Positions 12,471 through 26,299 of a stretch of DNA of 64,000 nucleotides are shown piece after piece. This DNA comes from the human T2T-CHM13v2.0 reference genome, Homo sapiens. The notes under the pieces were generated by a model. The model saw only the letters and a program-made list of their open reading frames with translations, did no database searches and had not been told where the DNA came from. The stretch lies in the NCBI RefSeq assembly GCF_009914755.1, contig NC_060947.1; one strand, given 5' to 3'. Both the position numbers and the translations under genes were made by a program. The first letter of the stretch is position 1; each line of letters starts with the position of its first letter.

Positions 12471-12652
12471 TTATAAAAAGCTTATACACAGCAAAAGGAA
12501 TAATCAGCAGAGTAAATGCACAACACACGGAGTGGGAGAAAGTGTTCACAAACTATGCATCCAACAAAGGAATAGTATCCAGAATCTACAAGGAACTCAA
12601 ATCAGCAAGAAAAAAAAAACAAGTAATCCCATTAAAAAGTGGGCAAAGGACA
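12471..12652 (+). mobile_element. Internal L1PB ORF2 fragment with no 3' end
   Basis: Aligns to 10597-10772 of the nearby L1PB. No poly(A) and no TSD. Confidence 0.8.
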
Positions 12653-12844
12653 CTTTCTGCCTTTCTGAAGTATACATTTTAACAATTTTTTTTAGTAAGA
12701 AAGAAAGAAATTATTGGTGATAAACCCTTCCAGACTTTTACTGGGATTGCATTTAATTCTTACACTAGACTGATAATTTAAATGAGTCTAGAATTATATA
12801 TTAATATTCATTTATCACCATCAGCCCCATTGCCTTAGTTTTTC

Positions 12845-13132
12845 AGGTCTCTGTTCAAATTTCACCTTATCAGTGAGAGCTTCCCTAACCACTTTATTTA
12901 AACAGCATGTTTCCACCACACCCCACAGTGTTTTCAGTCTCCTAAATTAGGCCTTATTACCACCAGCATCTTTTGTATTTCTTAATTCTTTACTGTCTAT
13001 CTTTTTCCCACTAGCATGTAATATTCTTGCAGAACTGTACTTTGTTTTGTTGACTCCTACATTCCTAAAAACCAAGAATAGTGCTGGGCACATAGTAGGA
13101 AATCTATACACAGTTGTTGAATGAACGACTGA
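12845..13132 (+). mobile_element. L2a 3' end
   Basis: ttcaaatttcaccttatcagtgagagcttccctaacc...aatagtgctgggcacatagtagg...ttgttgaatgaa. Confidence 0.8.
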
Positions 13133-13291
13133 GTTCTGCTTGTGCTATTGAGAAGTATACTGTCAGTCCAACTTTCATTCTTTTTCTTTCTGGTTGCTTT
13201 TTAAATCTCTGTCTTTGGTGCTTTGCATTTTAGTTATGACTTGCCTCTAACATATAGCTTTCCTATAACTCTTTACTCTCCTATAACTAAC

Positions 13292-13368
13292 TTTCTTTTC
13301 TCTCTCTCTCTCTCTCCCTTCCCTCCCCTCCCCTCCTCTTTCCTTCCCTTCCCTTCCTCTTCTTTATT
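13292..13368. repeat. Polypyrimidine low-complexity tract, (TC)n/(TTCCC)n
   Basis: Read directly. Confidence 0.85.
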
Positions 13369-14217
13369 TCTTGGACTTTTATGACCCCTGAATATGAGCA
13401 TACCTATCTTATTGAATTCTGGAAATATCTCACTATTATTTCTTCTAAATATCATTTTTTCCCATTCTTCATTTCTTCTTGAAATCCTATAAGATGAACA
13501 CCAGATCTAATAATTCATTTCTTGGTGTCACTTAATGCCTTTTTAATACATTCTATTAACTTATCTCTGTAGTGAATTTTGGCAATTACCTAAGAATGGA
13601 ATGTTTTCCATTCCCTGAATTCTCTGTGTCTAATTTGTTGCTTGCACAATCTATCTTTATTTGTGCGCTGATCATTGTGTACTTTTTCATTTTAGAAAAT
13701 TTAATTTATTTAAAGATGTCCCACTTTTACATAGTGGTGTCTTTTTTATTACATTTTTATTTATATTTTCTTAATTCTTTAAAGAATACTGTTTTGTAAT
13801 TTCTATAATATTGTTCTTGAGAGTCTGATTCTGCTGTTTGTTATGTCACGTGACTCTTCATGATGGATGATTTTCTTAATCGTTATATACTTTTTCATTC
13901 TAATCTCATATCTAGTAGGTAGTTTTCTGTGCTAACCCTTTGTTAAATGAATTGAGAGTGTGATCCCAGAGTGTTTTTGTTTGTGTGTCTTACAAGTGTC
14001 CTATAGTTATCATGGGGCATAGGTTGTACTAATATTCCAACTTAGGAATTCTTGTGTCATGTATATAATATATATTTTGACCTCCAAACCACATATGTAG
14101 GCCCATGTTCTCAAACTCTCAAAGACCAACAAGATTCCTTGTTGTTTTCTTCTGATATTGAGTGGATTTTCCCTATTTCAGCCTTTCACTGAGGTTATGA
14201 CCTTTGATATTTACAAT

Positions 14218-14323
14218 CAGAACCTCCTAAACTTTTTACATCATGTTGCACTTACTTAGAAAACTAAAACATTTCTAAGGTACACTAAGGTAAGTCCCAC
14301 TACACTCTGGTTAAGAAACTCTG
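14218..14323. mobile_element. Possible short hAT-Charlie MITE remnant
   Basis: Ends cagaacctcctaaactt ... ggttaagaaactctg resemble Charlie-type TIRs. Confidence 0.35.
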
Positions 14324-14421
14324 TTCTCAGTTCATACAGAGGTCTCTGTTCTAATTTATTACTTTTGAATGAACAAACCCTGTTTTTTTGTCATATGATG
14401 CCATTAAAACCCTCAAACTCT

Positions 14422-14730
<309 letters not shown>

Positions 14731-15064
14731 TCAAACTCTATTGGTATTGTAACCCACATTCCTCCTCCTCCCCACCCTCACCATCCAAGGGTGGCTGCTG
14801 TGTTACTTATGTGCTTAGATTCTGATTATCAATTCATTTTGTTTTGGCATTGTTATTGTTGTTCCTTGGTCCTTTCTGTTTCCTTTAAGCCCAATCATGT
14901 ATGTAAAATAAGAATTTATTTGGCATTTCCATGTACTTGCAATGTGAACGTTTTGGGTTAATCTTATTTAAAATTGATGCTACAATAAAGTATTCCTTCT
15001 TCTTCAACCTGTTCTAATCTTGTCCCATCAATATCATTCCATTATAACTGCTTTTACAAAGTGT

Positions 15065-15410
15065 AACAATTGGTTAGACTAGGTTATGCTGCAGTAACAA
15101 ACAATTCTGAAATTTTAGGGCTTGCCTACAACAAACATGTTTTTCTTTTCTTTTTTTTTTTTTGCACATTACATGTTGGTTGCATGACAGCTGAGATTCT
15201 GCATCATGTCCTCTTCATTCCAAGAATTAAGCTAAGTGAAACACCTATCTGGAATACGGTTATTCCTGTGGTAGAAGAAAAGGAGGAGGTATATGCTTCT
15301 GCTCACACCTATGACGTGAGAATATTTAATTCCCCACGCTATAGGGAAGAGACATAGAAGGTACTGTAATGAAAAACAAACAGCTAATATTTGGAACAAC
15401 TTAATATCCC
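15065..15410 (-). mobile_element. Old MaLR LTR (MLT1K/L-like)
   Basis: ttagactaggttatgctgcagtaacaaac... is an antisense MLT1 end. Confidence 0.6.
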
Positions 15411-16245
15411 ACACTCTAAAACACTAGATTATAAATGATCTCTGTTGTTAGTTCCCATAGATACACTTTAGACCTCCTTTTTCTCAGTTTATCACCATTA
15501 TTTGATACAGGGCATGGCTCCCTATGTCTCAAAGCAGTTTATATACATGGCTTTGCTCGGTACCTACTTTTCTGTTTTTACTCTAGTAATCAAAGTATAT
15601 GTGATATAACTGGTAGAATCTAACACTTTAAAGATGACCACATTTAAAAATTATTTTATATTAAACAAAACATAAACTTATCTTCATCATTCTAAGAAAA
15701 CACATACATACTCAATTCTCTCTTTTAATGTTTGATCAATGAATTGAAAATAAGCAGCTGTCATGTTAATAATATTCTCACTAATGCCTGACTTTTTAAA
15801 AATGTATTTATTTTAGATAAATTTGGAAATGTATGTATTTAGAGACATTTATTTTAAAATGTATTTATTTATTTACCATGGGAACTGAAACTTTTCAAAG
15901 TGCTTAGCCCTATGTTAAAAGTGGTGTGAATCATCTCAATTCATCTCATTTATCCTTTTAATTTAATAACAGGCCTTATATTAATAGCGTATTTGAAACC
16001 ATCACTTAAAATGTTTGTTTGCTTCTGCTTCTCCAGTAAGCATAAGCTCAAGGTGAGATTAAACCATTTCATTATTGTAATAAATACAGCTTTGGAAAAG
16101 TTGAAAGCACCAGGTTATGTACCTTATTTGACCAGGTATACAACATAGTTCTTTCAAAATGCATTTGTGTAAACTCATGCATTCAGGGTTTACAAGACTT
16201 ATAAAATAGTATAATTTGGCATAGTTTAATCACATTAATACAAGT

Positions 16246-16700
16246 TGCCTTAGTCCATTTTATATTGTTATAAAGGAATAGTTGAGGCTGGGTAACTAAT
16301 AAAGAGGTTTATTTAGCTCACAGTTCTGTAGGCTGTACAAGAGGCATGGCACCCATGTCTGCTTGGCTTCTGGTGAGAGCCTTTTTGCTGCTCAAAACAT
16401 GGCAGAAAAGGTCAAAGGAGAAGCAGGCACATGTGAAGAGGACCCAAACCCGGATGTTTCCTGGCTTTATAACAACCCACTCTCAAAAGAACTATTTCAT
16501 TCCCATAAGAACCAACCCCATCTTGTGAGAGCAAAAACTCAGTTACTACCAAGAGAATGGCACCAAACCATTCATGTGGGATTCACTCCCATTACCCTAA
16601 CACCTCCCACTTATCCCTGCTTCTCAACACCACCACACTGGGTACGAAATTTCAACATGAAATTTGGTGGGGACAAACACACCATATCCAAACCATAGCA
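16246..16700 (-). mobile_element. MSTB-type MaLR solo LTR
   Basis: tgccttagtccattt...gctcacagttctgtaggctgtacaagag...atccaaaccatagca. Confidence 0.85.
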
Positions 16701-17493
16701 TAACCTTAATTTTTTTAAGTTATGTTTTGTTAAATGAATAATTGATTGTTGAAGATTCTGACATCTCAGAGAACTTCTCTGGAATATCAACAACCACATA
16801 CTCGTTGATATTTTAAGACTGAAAACATTACTTCTCAGAAAGATATGGGCTAGATACCCTTGAAATCAAATTATCACCATTACCAATTAGAACAAGTTTT
16901 ATTCTCTTTCTTCTCTGTGTTCCATATCCCCAAAATAAAGGAGTTCGATTAGATGATCTTCAAAGCCTTTTCCAGAAGCTTCTGCTTTTACTTGCTATAA
17001 ATGTCCAATGACATTTATCATTACTTTTGGAAAGCTAAGTCATAGTTGGTTATGAATGGAGCCATTGTCCTTCCCAAATGATATGTCCCAGATTTCCTTT
17101 CTTTCAGTCACTCCCTGGTGGTCAAACTCCATGGGAACAGTATTATCATTGTGGTCTGAAAATGCTTTTCAATTGCCTAATTTACAACCAGTAACTGGGC
17201 TTTGGAGAAGGAAGCACTCTCTTCCTAAATATGCTAGTTTTATACATTTAAAAAACTTAACCCATAATGCATATGAAACATAGAAGAGTATCATCAGATG
17301 GGTACTAAACTGAATGTCAGGGAGCCTAGTTCTAGTTCTGCCACTGAACTATGTAACTCAACCAAGGCAATAACTGCCATTAAATTGGTGGGGTACCTTA
17401 TTTCAGAAGTCTTTATTTAGTTCTAAAATTTTACATAAAATATGTCACAATTTGCTCTCATCTTTATGTTGGCAAAGTCAAGAAAAAAAGTCG

Positions 17494-17535
17494 GAAAGGT
17501 TAAATTTAACGAAAGGTTAAATTTAATGAAAGGTT
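17494..17535. repeat. 17-bp tandem repeat (2.5 copies) containing the palindrome GTTAAATTTAAC
   Basis: gaaaggttaaatttaac gaaaggttaaatttaat gaaaggtt. Confidence 0.9.
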
Positions 17536-18481
17536 TGGACACTTTTAGGCTTCTATGGCACTTACTTACATTTCCGGCCTTCTGGGATTTTTGAGACCCT
17601 ACATTTCATACATGCTTAGTTCACTTAACCCCCTGGGACTTTCAAACAAACATTTTATATGTTCACTAGGAAAGACTTTTCATTTCATTTTAGAGTTTTT
17701 GGTTGATTTACATTGACTTAGATCTTCTTTTATTTTTGTTTAGACTTTATAATAAACTGTTCAGATTGCTTTTGATTAGTATAATCCATAAATTTTATCT
17801 GAATCTTGTAAGCAAGTTTAGACCAGCTGGAAACTGATTGATTAGATTTTAACATTCTGCTTCTCTCACAGCTGCCTGTGACAGGGGCACAGCATTAATT
17901 ATGATTAGTGATGAGATGAAGGTAGAGAATTGTTAGGAAAATGTCAGACATTGTGAGGATGCCTGATAGAGATATTTCTTGTTGAAGCTTGAAAATAAGA
18001 AATGTCAAGAAATGTAGTGATGAACAAATTAAGATATTATATGTATGTATATATTACATATAATGGCACCTTTAAGACCTAGATCATACTAACCACTCAC
18101 ATTGGATGAGAAGTTGCATATTCATATAGCAATACCTCTACTTGGTGCAACTTCCAGGAAAGCTGTTTTTGAAATTGACTATAAACTTTAGGAAATGATT
18201 ACTAGTGGACGTCATTATTCTTATTGGCAATGAAGTTGTTAATGTTGCCATTCCTGTCTATATTTAAATTCCAGGAGGTTAAAATTTAGCTGGTATTTGT
18301 TGAATTATTATTTTCTTATTTCCAACTATTCCTAAGCTATGCAAAGGTTCTCTTTCAGTATTTGTAATATGCTCATATAAAAAAAGCTACAGAGGTAGAG
18401 TATGTATTTATGTAAACAAATAGGCTTGGCTGTCTTGCTATAGGGAAGTTTGAATGTTCATAAGCATTTGAATGTTCATAA

Positions 18482-19084
<603 letters not shown>

Positions 19085-19110
19085 TGCGTTTCACTTCTTA
19101 ATAAAATCAG

Positions 19111-19300
19111 GAAGCAGTAGTGTATAGTAATGACTAGCTCTGATGTTGAAGTGCTTAGGTTCTAATCTTACTTTTGTTATATACTGGCTATGTGACCTTC
19201 ACAAATTGTCAATTTTTTTTTCCTGATATCAGTTTTCCATTCTGCAAAATGAACACTCTAATGCAAGATTTACCGATTAGGGTCATTGGAAATAAATGAG
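19111..19300 (+). mobile_element. MIR
   Basis: MIR core: ctggctatgtgaccttcacaaatt...cagttttccattctgcaaaatg. Confidence 0.7.
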
Positions 19301-19304
19301 TAAA

Positions 19305-22300
19305 TGAGGCAAGATGGCAGAATGGAAGTTTCCACCAATTGTCCCCCCACAGGGAAACCAATTCAACAGGTATCGATACATAAAGGCACCCTCATAAGAA
19401 CAAAAATCCCACTCTAGAATCTGAGGGTGGGAATTAAGAGCTTGAAAATCATATAGTCCAAATATCCATATGACATTTGAGTCTGTTCTGTGACATAACT
19501 GTCAAGTAGATTTGCCTGTGCAAATCACTCTAGTGATTGGGAAGTCCCTATTGACCCAGTCTATTCAGAGGATTTAGAATCGTACTAAAGCCAGGTGAAC
19601 ACTCACAGTACCTGGTTTAAACTTCATATCACTAAAAGTGGCATGGAAGAGGTAGCAAAACAAAGTATTGAATCAAAGATGCCACCCCTCCCCTATATGC
19701 CCTGGCAGCAGTAGCGTGGTGCAGATGGTGTTTTTGTGTGTTGTGGAGAGGGAGATCACAGCATTTTTGAGGCAATGAACTCAGTGCTGCCCTAGTATAA
19801 CAGAAAACAAAACCAGATCAAACTCAGCTGATGCCTGCCCACAGAGGGAGCATTTAAACCAGACCTAGCCGGAGGTAAATCACTGATCCCAGCAGTTCAA
19901 ACTTGAGTTTTCACAAGCCTTGCCACTGAGGACTAAAGGGCTCAGGGGCACAAAATACACTTGAAAGGCAGTCTAGACCACAAGGACTGCAGCTCCTAGG
20001 TAAGTTCTAGTGCTGAAATGGGTCCAGAGACAGTGGACTGGAGGGGAGGGGCACATTACCTACTGGGACACTAGCTCGGGTGGTGAAGGGAGTGCTGGCA
20101 TGACTTCTCCTCTAACCCCAGGCTTCACAGCTCATGGCTAAAAAAGAGTTCCCTTCCCTCTACTTGAGGAGAGGGAGGAAAGAGTGGGAGGACTTTGCCT
20201 TGCATCTTGGATACTGCTCAGCCACAGCAAAATAGGGCACTAGTCAGAGTTATGAGGCCCTATTTCCAGGTCCTAGCTCCAAGATAACATTTCTAGACAC
20301 CCTTAGGCCAGAAGGGAACCCATTGCCTTGAAGAAAAGAACCTAGTCCTAGCAATATTCATCACCTGCTAACTGAAGAGACCTTGGGCCATGAATAACCA
20401 GCAGCAATATCCAGGTGTTGAGGGCCTTGGGTGAGACTCTGAGACTTGCTGGCTTCAGGTGAGACTCAGCACATTCCCAGCTGTGATGGCTAGGGGGTGA
20501 TACTCCTTCCATTTGAGAAAATTGGAGGGAAAAGCAAAAAAGGTTTTGTCTTGCATCTTAGGTACCAGCTTGGCCACAGAGGGGTAGGGCACCAAGCAGG
20601 CACAGAGGGGTAGAGCCCCAATTCCATGATTTGGACAGCATTTCTGGACCTTCCCTGGGCCAAAGGAAAGCCCACTGCCCTGAAGGATGGATCCCAGGCC
20701 AGGCAGCATTCACCACAAAATGACTGAAGAGCCCTTGGGCCTTAAAGGAATATCAGTGATGGTCTGGCAGTACTCTTCATGGACCTCTGGTAGTGGTGGC
20801 CATGGGGTGAGGCACCTCTGCCTCTGGAAAATGGAGAGAAGAGTAAGAAGTACTCTACATTTTTTGACTCAAGTGCCAGCTCAGCTGCAGTGCAAAAGAA
20901 TACAAGGTAGACTTCTAAGGATTTTTTTACTATAGTCCATGGCTCTGGACAGCACCTCTGGACATGCCCAGGGCCTAGGAGAACTCACCACCCTGAAGGG
21001 AAGGACATAGGCCTGCCTGGCTGCTTTGCCACCTGCTGTTTATAGAGCCCCAGGATTTGAGCGAACGTCGGCCATAGCCAGGGAATGGTTACAGCAGGCC
21101 TTGGGAGACACTCAGTGCTACACTAGCTTCAGGTCTGACCCAGCGCATTCCTAGTGGTAGTGGCCACAGGGGTACTTGTGTCACACTACTTTCAGTCCAG
21201 GTGGCTCAGAACAGAGAGATAGAGAGACTCTGTTCATTTGAAAGAACGTGAGAAAAGAAAACAAGAGTTTCTGCCTGGTAATCCTGAGAATTCTTCTGGA
21301 TCCTGTCTAAGACCATCAAGGCGGTACCACTATGAAACTGCAAGAATCACAGGATTACTGAGCTCAGGGTGCTCCCTAAAGCAGATAGCTCTTAGATTTT
21401 TTACACCCCAATTTTTTGAATATCTGGAAAATCTTCCCAAGAAGGATGAGTACCAACAAGCCCATACTGAAAAGGCTGCAATAAATACCTAACTCTTCAA
21501 TGCTTAGACACCAACAAGGATTGACAACTGTAAAGACCATCAAGGAAAACATGACCACACCAAATGAAGAAATTAAAGCACCAGAGACTACTCATGGAGA
21601 AACAGAGATATGTGACCTTTCAGACAGAGAATTCAAAATAACCGTGTTGAGAAAGCTCAAAGAAATTAAAGAGAACACAGAAGGAATTCAGAATTCTATC
21701 AGATAAATTTAACAAAGAGATTGAAATAACTAAAAAAGAATCAAGGAGAAAATCCAGAGATGAAAAATGCAATTGACATATTGAAGAATGCATCAGAGTT
21801 CTTTAATAGCAGAATTGATCAAGAAGATGAAAAAATTAGTGAGGTTGAGGACAGGCTACTTGAAAATACACAGTCAGAGGAGACAAAAAAGAAAAAAGAA
21901 TAAAAAACAATAAAGCATGCTTACAGGGTCTAGAAGATAGCTTCAAAAGGGCAAATCTAAGAGTTATTCGCCTTAAAGAAGAGGTAGAGAAAAAGATAGA
22001 GGTAGAAGATTTATTCAAAGGGATAATAACAGAGAACTGCCCAAAACTAGAGAAAGATATCAATATGCAAGTACAAGAAGGTTATTGAACACCACGCAAA
22101 TTTAATCCAAAGAAGACTACCGAAAGGCATTTAATAATCCAACTCACAAAGGTCAAGGATACAGAGAGAATTCTAAAAGCAGCAAAAAAAAATAGAAACA
22201 AATATCACACAATGGAGTTCCAATATGTCTGGCAGCAGACTTTTCAGTGGAGAAATTACAGGCCAGGAGAGAGTAGCATGACATATTTAAAGTGTTGAAG

Positions 22301-25300
22301 GAAAAATCTTTTACCCTAGAATAGCATATTCAGTGAAAATATCCTTCAAACATGAAAGAGAAATAAAGACTTTCCCAGACAAACAAAAGCTGAGGAATTT
22401 CATTCATACCTGTCCTGTCATACAAGAAATGATAAAGGGAGTACATCAATCAGAAACAAAAGAATGTTAATGAGCAAGAAGAAATCATCAGAAGGAACAA
22501 ATCTCACTGGGAAGTAAACAGAGAAATACAGAATGTTATAACACTGTAACCATGCTGTATACACTACTCTTAAGTAGAAAGACTAAATGATGGACCAATC
22601 AAAAATAATAACTACAACATTTCAAGACATAAACGATACTAAAAGATAGAAAAAGAAACAACAAAAAGCTAAAAAGCGATGGGATGAAGATAAGGCATAG
22701 GGTCTTTTGAATTTATTTGTGCTTGTTTATGCAAACAGTGGCAAGTTATTATCAACATAAAATAACAGGTTATAAGATAGGATTTTTAAGCCTCATGGTA
22801 ACCTCAAACTAAAAAACGTACAACTGATACACAAGAAATAATAATAAAAACTAAATCATATCACCAGAGAAAATCACCTTCACTAAAAGGAAGACAGGCA
22901 GGAAAGAACAAAGAAATAGAAAACCATAAAACAACCAGAAAACAAATAAGAAAATGGAAAGAGTAAGTCCTTACTTATTAATAAAACGTTGAATGTAAAT
23001 GGACTAAACTCTCCAAATAAAGGACATAGAGCAACTGAATGGATAGAAAAACAAGACCCAGTGATCTACAGAAGAAACACATTTCATCTATAAAGACACA
23101 CATAGTCTCAGAGTAAAGGAATGGAAAAAGATATTTCTTGTCAATGACAACCAAAAAAAGAGTGGGATCAACTATACTTATATCAGACAAAATAGATTTC
23201 AAGATAAGAACTGTAAGAAGAGACAAAGAAGGTAACAATATAATGATAAAGGGGTCAATTCAGCAAGACAATATAACAATTGTAGATATATATGGACCCA
23301 ATTCTGGAGCACACAGATATATAAATCAAATATCATCAGAGTTATATATATAGAGAGAGACAGACCCCAATAAAATAATAGCTGGAGACTTCAACACCCC
23401 ACTTTCAGCATTGGACAGATCTTCCAGATAGAAAATCAACAAAGAAACATCAGACTTAATCTGCACTATAGATCAAAGAGATCTAATAGATATTTGCAGA
23501 ACATCCAAGCACTGCAGAACACACATTATTTTCCTCAGCATATGGATCATTCTTAAAGATAGGCCAAATGTTAGGTCACAAAATTAACCTTGAAACATTC
23601 AAAAAATTGAAATAATATCAAGCGTCTTCTCTGACCACAATGGAATAAAACTAGAAATCAATAACAAGAGGAATTGTGCAAACGATACAAAGACATGAAA
23701 ATTAAACAATATGCTCCTGAATGACCAGTAGGTCAATGAAGAAATTAAGAAGAAAATTTAAAAATTACTTGAAACAAATTATAATGGAAACACAACATAC
23801 CAAAACCTGTGAGACACAGTGAAAGATATACGAAGGGGAAAGTTTATAGCAACAAGCATCTACATCAAAAAAGTAGAACAACTTCAAATAAACAACATAA
23901 TGATACATTTTAAAGAACTAGAAAAGCAAGAGCCAATGAAACCCAAAATTAGTACAAGAAAAGCAATAATAATGATCACAGCATAAATAAATAAAACTGA
24001 AATGAAGAAAATAATAAAAAATATCAATGACACAAAAAGTTGGTTTTTTGAAAAGTTAAACATAATTGCCAAACCTCTAGCCAGACTAAGAAAAAAAGAG
24101 AGAAGATACAAATAAATAAAATCAGAAATGAAAAATAAGACATTACAATGGATACCACAGAAATTCAAAGGATAATAAATTAGTGGCTACTATGAGCAAC
24201 TGCATTCCAGTAAATTGGAAAAACGAGAAGAAATGGATAAATTGCTGGACACAACCTACAAAGACACATAAATTGCTAGACACATACAACTTTGTAGGTT
24301 GTTTGCGTCTAGTTTTAATTTTCTAAAACTATAAAACACTGATGAAAGAAATTGAAGAGGTTACCAGAAAAAATAAAAAAATACTCTATGTTCATGAATT
24401 GGAAGAATCAATATTGTTAAAATGTCCATACTACCCAAAGCAATCTACAGATTCAATGCAATATGTATCAAAATACCAATGACATTATTCACAAAATAAA
24501 AAAAAATCCTAAAATATATATGGAACCACAGAAGACCAGGATAGTCAATACTATCCTAAGCAAAAAGAACAAAACTGGAGGAATCATATTACCTGACTTC
24601 CAATTATACTACAGAGCTATAATAACCATAAGGGCATGATAGTGGCACTAAAAACAGACACATAGGCCAATGGAACAGAATAGAGAACCTAGAAAAAAAT
24701 TCATACATCCATAGTGAACTAATTTTCTACAAAAGTGCCAAGAACACACACTGGGGAAAAGACAGTCTCCTCAATAAATAATGCTTGGAAAACTGGATAT
24801 CCACATGCAGAAGAATGAAACTAGACCCCTATCTCTTTCCATGTACAAAAATCAAATCAAAATGGATTAAAGACTAAAATTTAAGACCTCAAAACATGAA
24901 AGTACTGCAAGAAAACTTCAGGGAAACTCTCCAGGACATTGGTCTAAGTAAAGATTTCTTTAGCAATACCTCATAAGCATAGGCAACCAAGTTAAACATG
25001 GACAAATGGGATCATATCAAGTCAAAAAGCTGCACAGCAAAGGAAACAATCAACAAAGTGAAGAGACAACCCACAGAATGGAAGAAAATATTATAAACTT
25101 CCCATCTGACAAGGGATTCATAACCAGAAAAATATAAGGAGCTCAAACTCTATAGGAAAAATTCTAATAATCTGATCCAAAAAGGATGAAAGATTTGAAT
25201 AGACATTGCTTCAAAAAATACATACAAGTGACAAACAGGAATGTGAAAATTTGCTCAACATCAGTGAGGTTGCTCAACATCATCGATTATTCATATGCAA

Positions 25301-26179
25301 ATCAAAACTACAATGAGGTATCTATTCACCCCAGTTCAAATGGTTTGTATCCAAAAGACAGGCAATAACAAGTGCTGAAGAGGATGTGGAGAAAAGGGAA
25401 CTCTTGTACACTGTTAAAGGAAACGGAAATTAATACAACCACTATACAGAACAGTTTGAAGGTTCCTCAAAAAACTAAAAATTGAGCCACCATATGATCC
25501 AGCAATCCCACTGTTGGGCATATACACAAAAGATAGAAAATCAGTATATTGAAGAGATTATCTGCACTCCCATGCTTGTTGCAGCACTATTCACAACAGC
25601 CAAGATTAGGAAGCAATGTAAGTGTCCATCAACATATGAATGGATAAAGAAAATGTGGTACTTATGCACAATGGAGTAGTATTCAGTCATGAAAATAATG
25701 AGATCCTGTCATTTGCAACAGCATGAATGGAACTGGAGGTCATTATGCTAAGTGAAATAAGGTAGACACAGAAAGATATACATCACATGTTCTCACTAAT
25801 TTGTGGGATCTATAAATCAAAACAATGAAACTGATGGATATAGACAGTAGAAGGATCGTTGTCAGAAGCTGGGAGGTTTAGTGGGAATAGGGGGAGGATT
25901 GGGGATGGTTAATGGGTTAAAAGAAATAGAAAGAATGAGTAAGAGCAAGTATTCGATAGCCCAGCAGGGTACAATAGTCAATAATAATTTTGCATTTAAA
26001 AAGAACTATATTTGGATTGTTTGTAACAAACAATTGTTTGTAACACAATGGATAAATTCTTGAGAGAAGGGATACTCTATTTTCCATGAGTTCATTATTA
26101 CGTATTGCATGCCTGTTTCAAAACATCTCTTGTACCCCATAAACAAATGCACCTACTATTTACCCACAAAATTAAAAAA
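19305..26179 (+). mobile_element. Near full-length L1MA (L1MA2-like), degenerate, with about 1 kb of the RT region deleted
   Basis: 5'UTR from caagatggcagaatgg, ORF1 about 21500-22470, ORF2 EN from about 22953, and an L1MA1/2-type 3'UTR ending cccacaaaattaaaaaa. Confidence 0.88.
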
Positions 26180-26299
26180 GAAGGCACTGTAAAAATGACT
26201 TTTCAGAATCTATCCTATTTAGCTATATGAATGCAGTGTTATTTTCTGAGACTGAGAACCCTTGGAGAGATGGCTTTGAGCAGAAAGCTCATGATTCGG

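Larger units (their letters stand above)
11860..14200 (-). mobile_element. Ancient L1ME-type ORF1/ORF2 junction region, antisense, fragmented
   Basis: Antisense L1 motifs (gtgtctcttacggacagcat; aattctggaaatatctcactattatttcttctaaatat). Confidence 0.6.

Noticed and set aside
12845-13132. L2a nested in an L1 as an age paradox
   Set aside because: The L2 has its proper 3' end and the host L1 looks very old (L1ME-type), so overlapping activity periods explain it.
17872-17921. Possible 50-nt coding exon (acceptor ...tcacag, donor gaag|gtagag)
   Set aside because: Weak donor, only one open frame, and the peptide is not recognisable. It cannot be supported without expression data.
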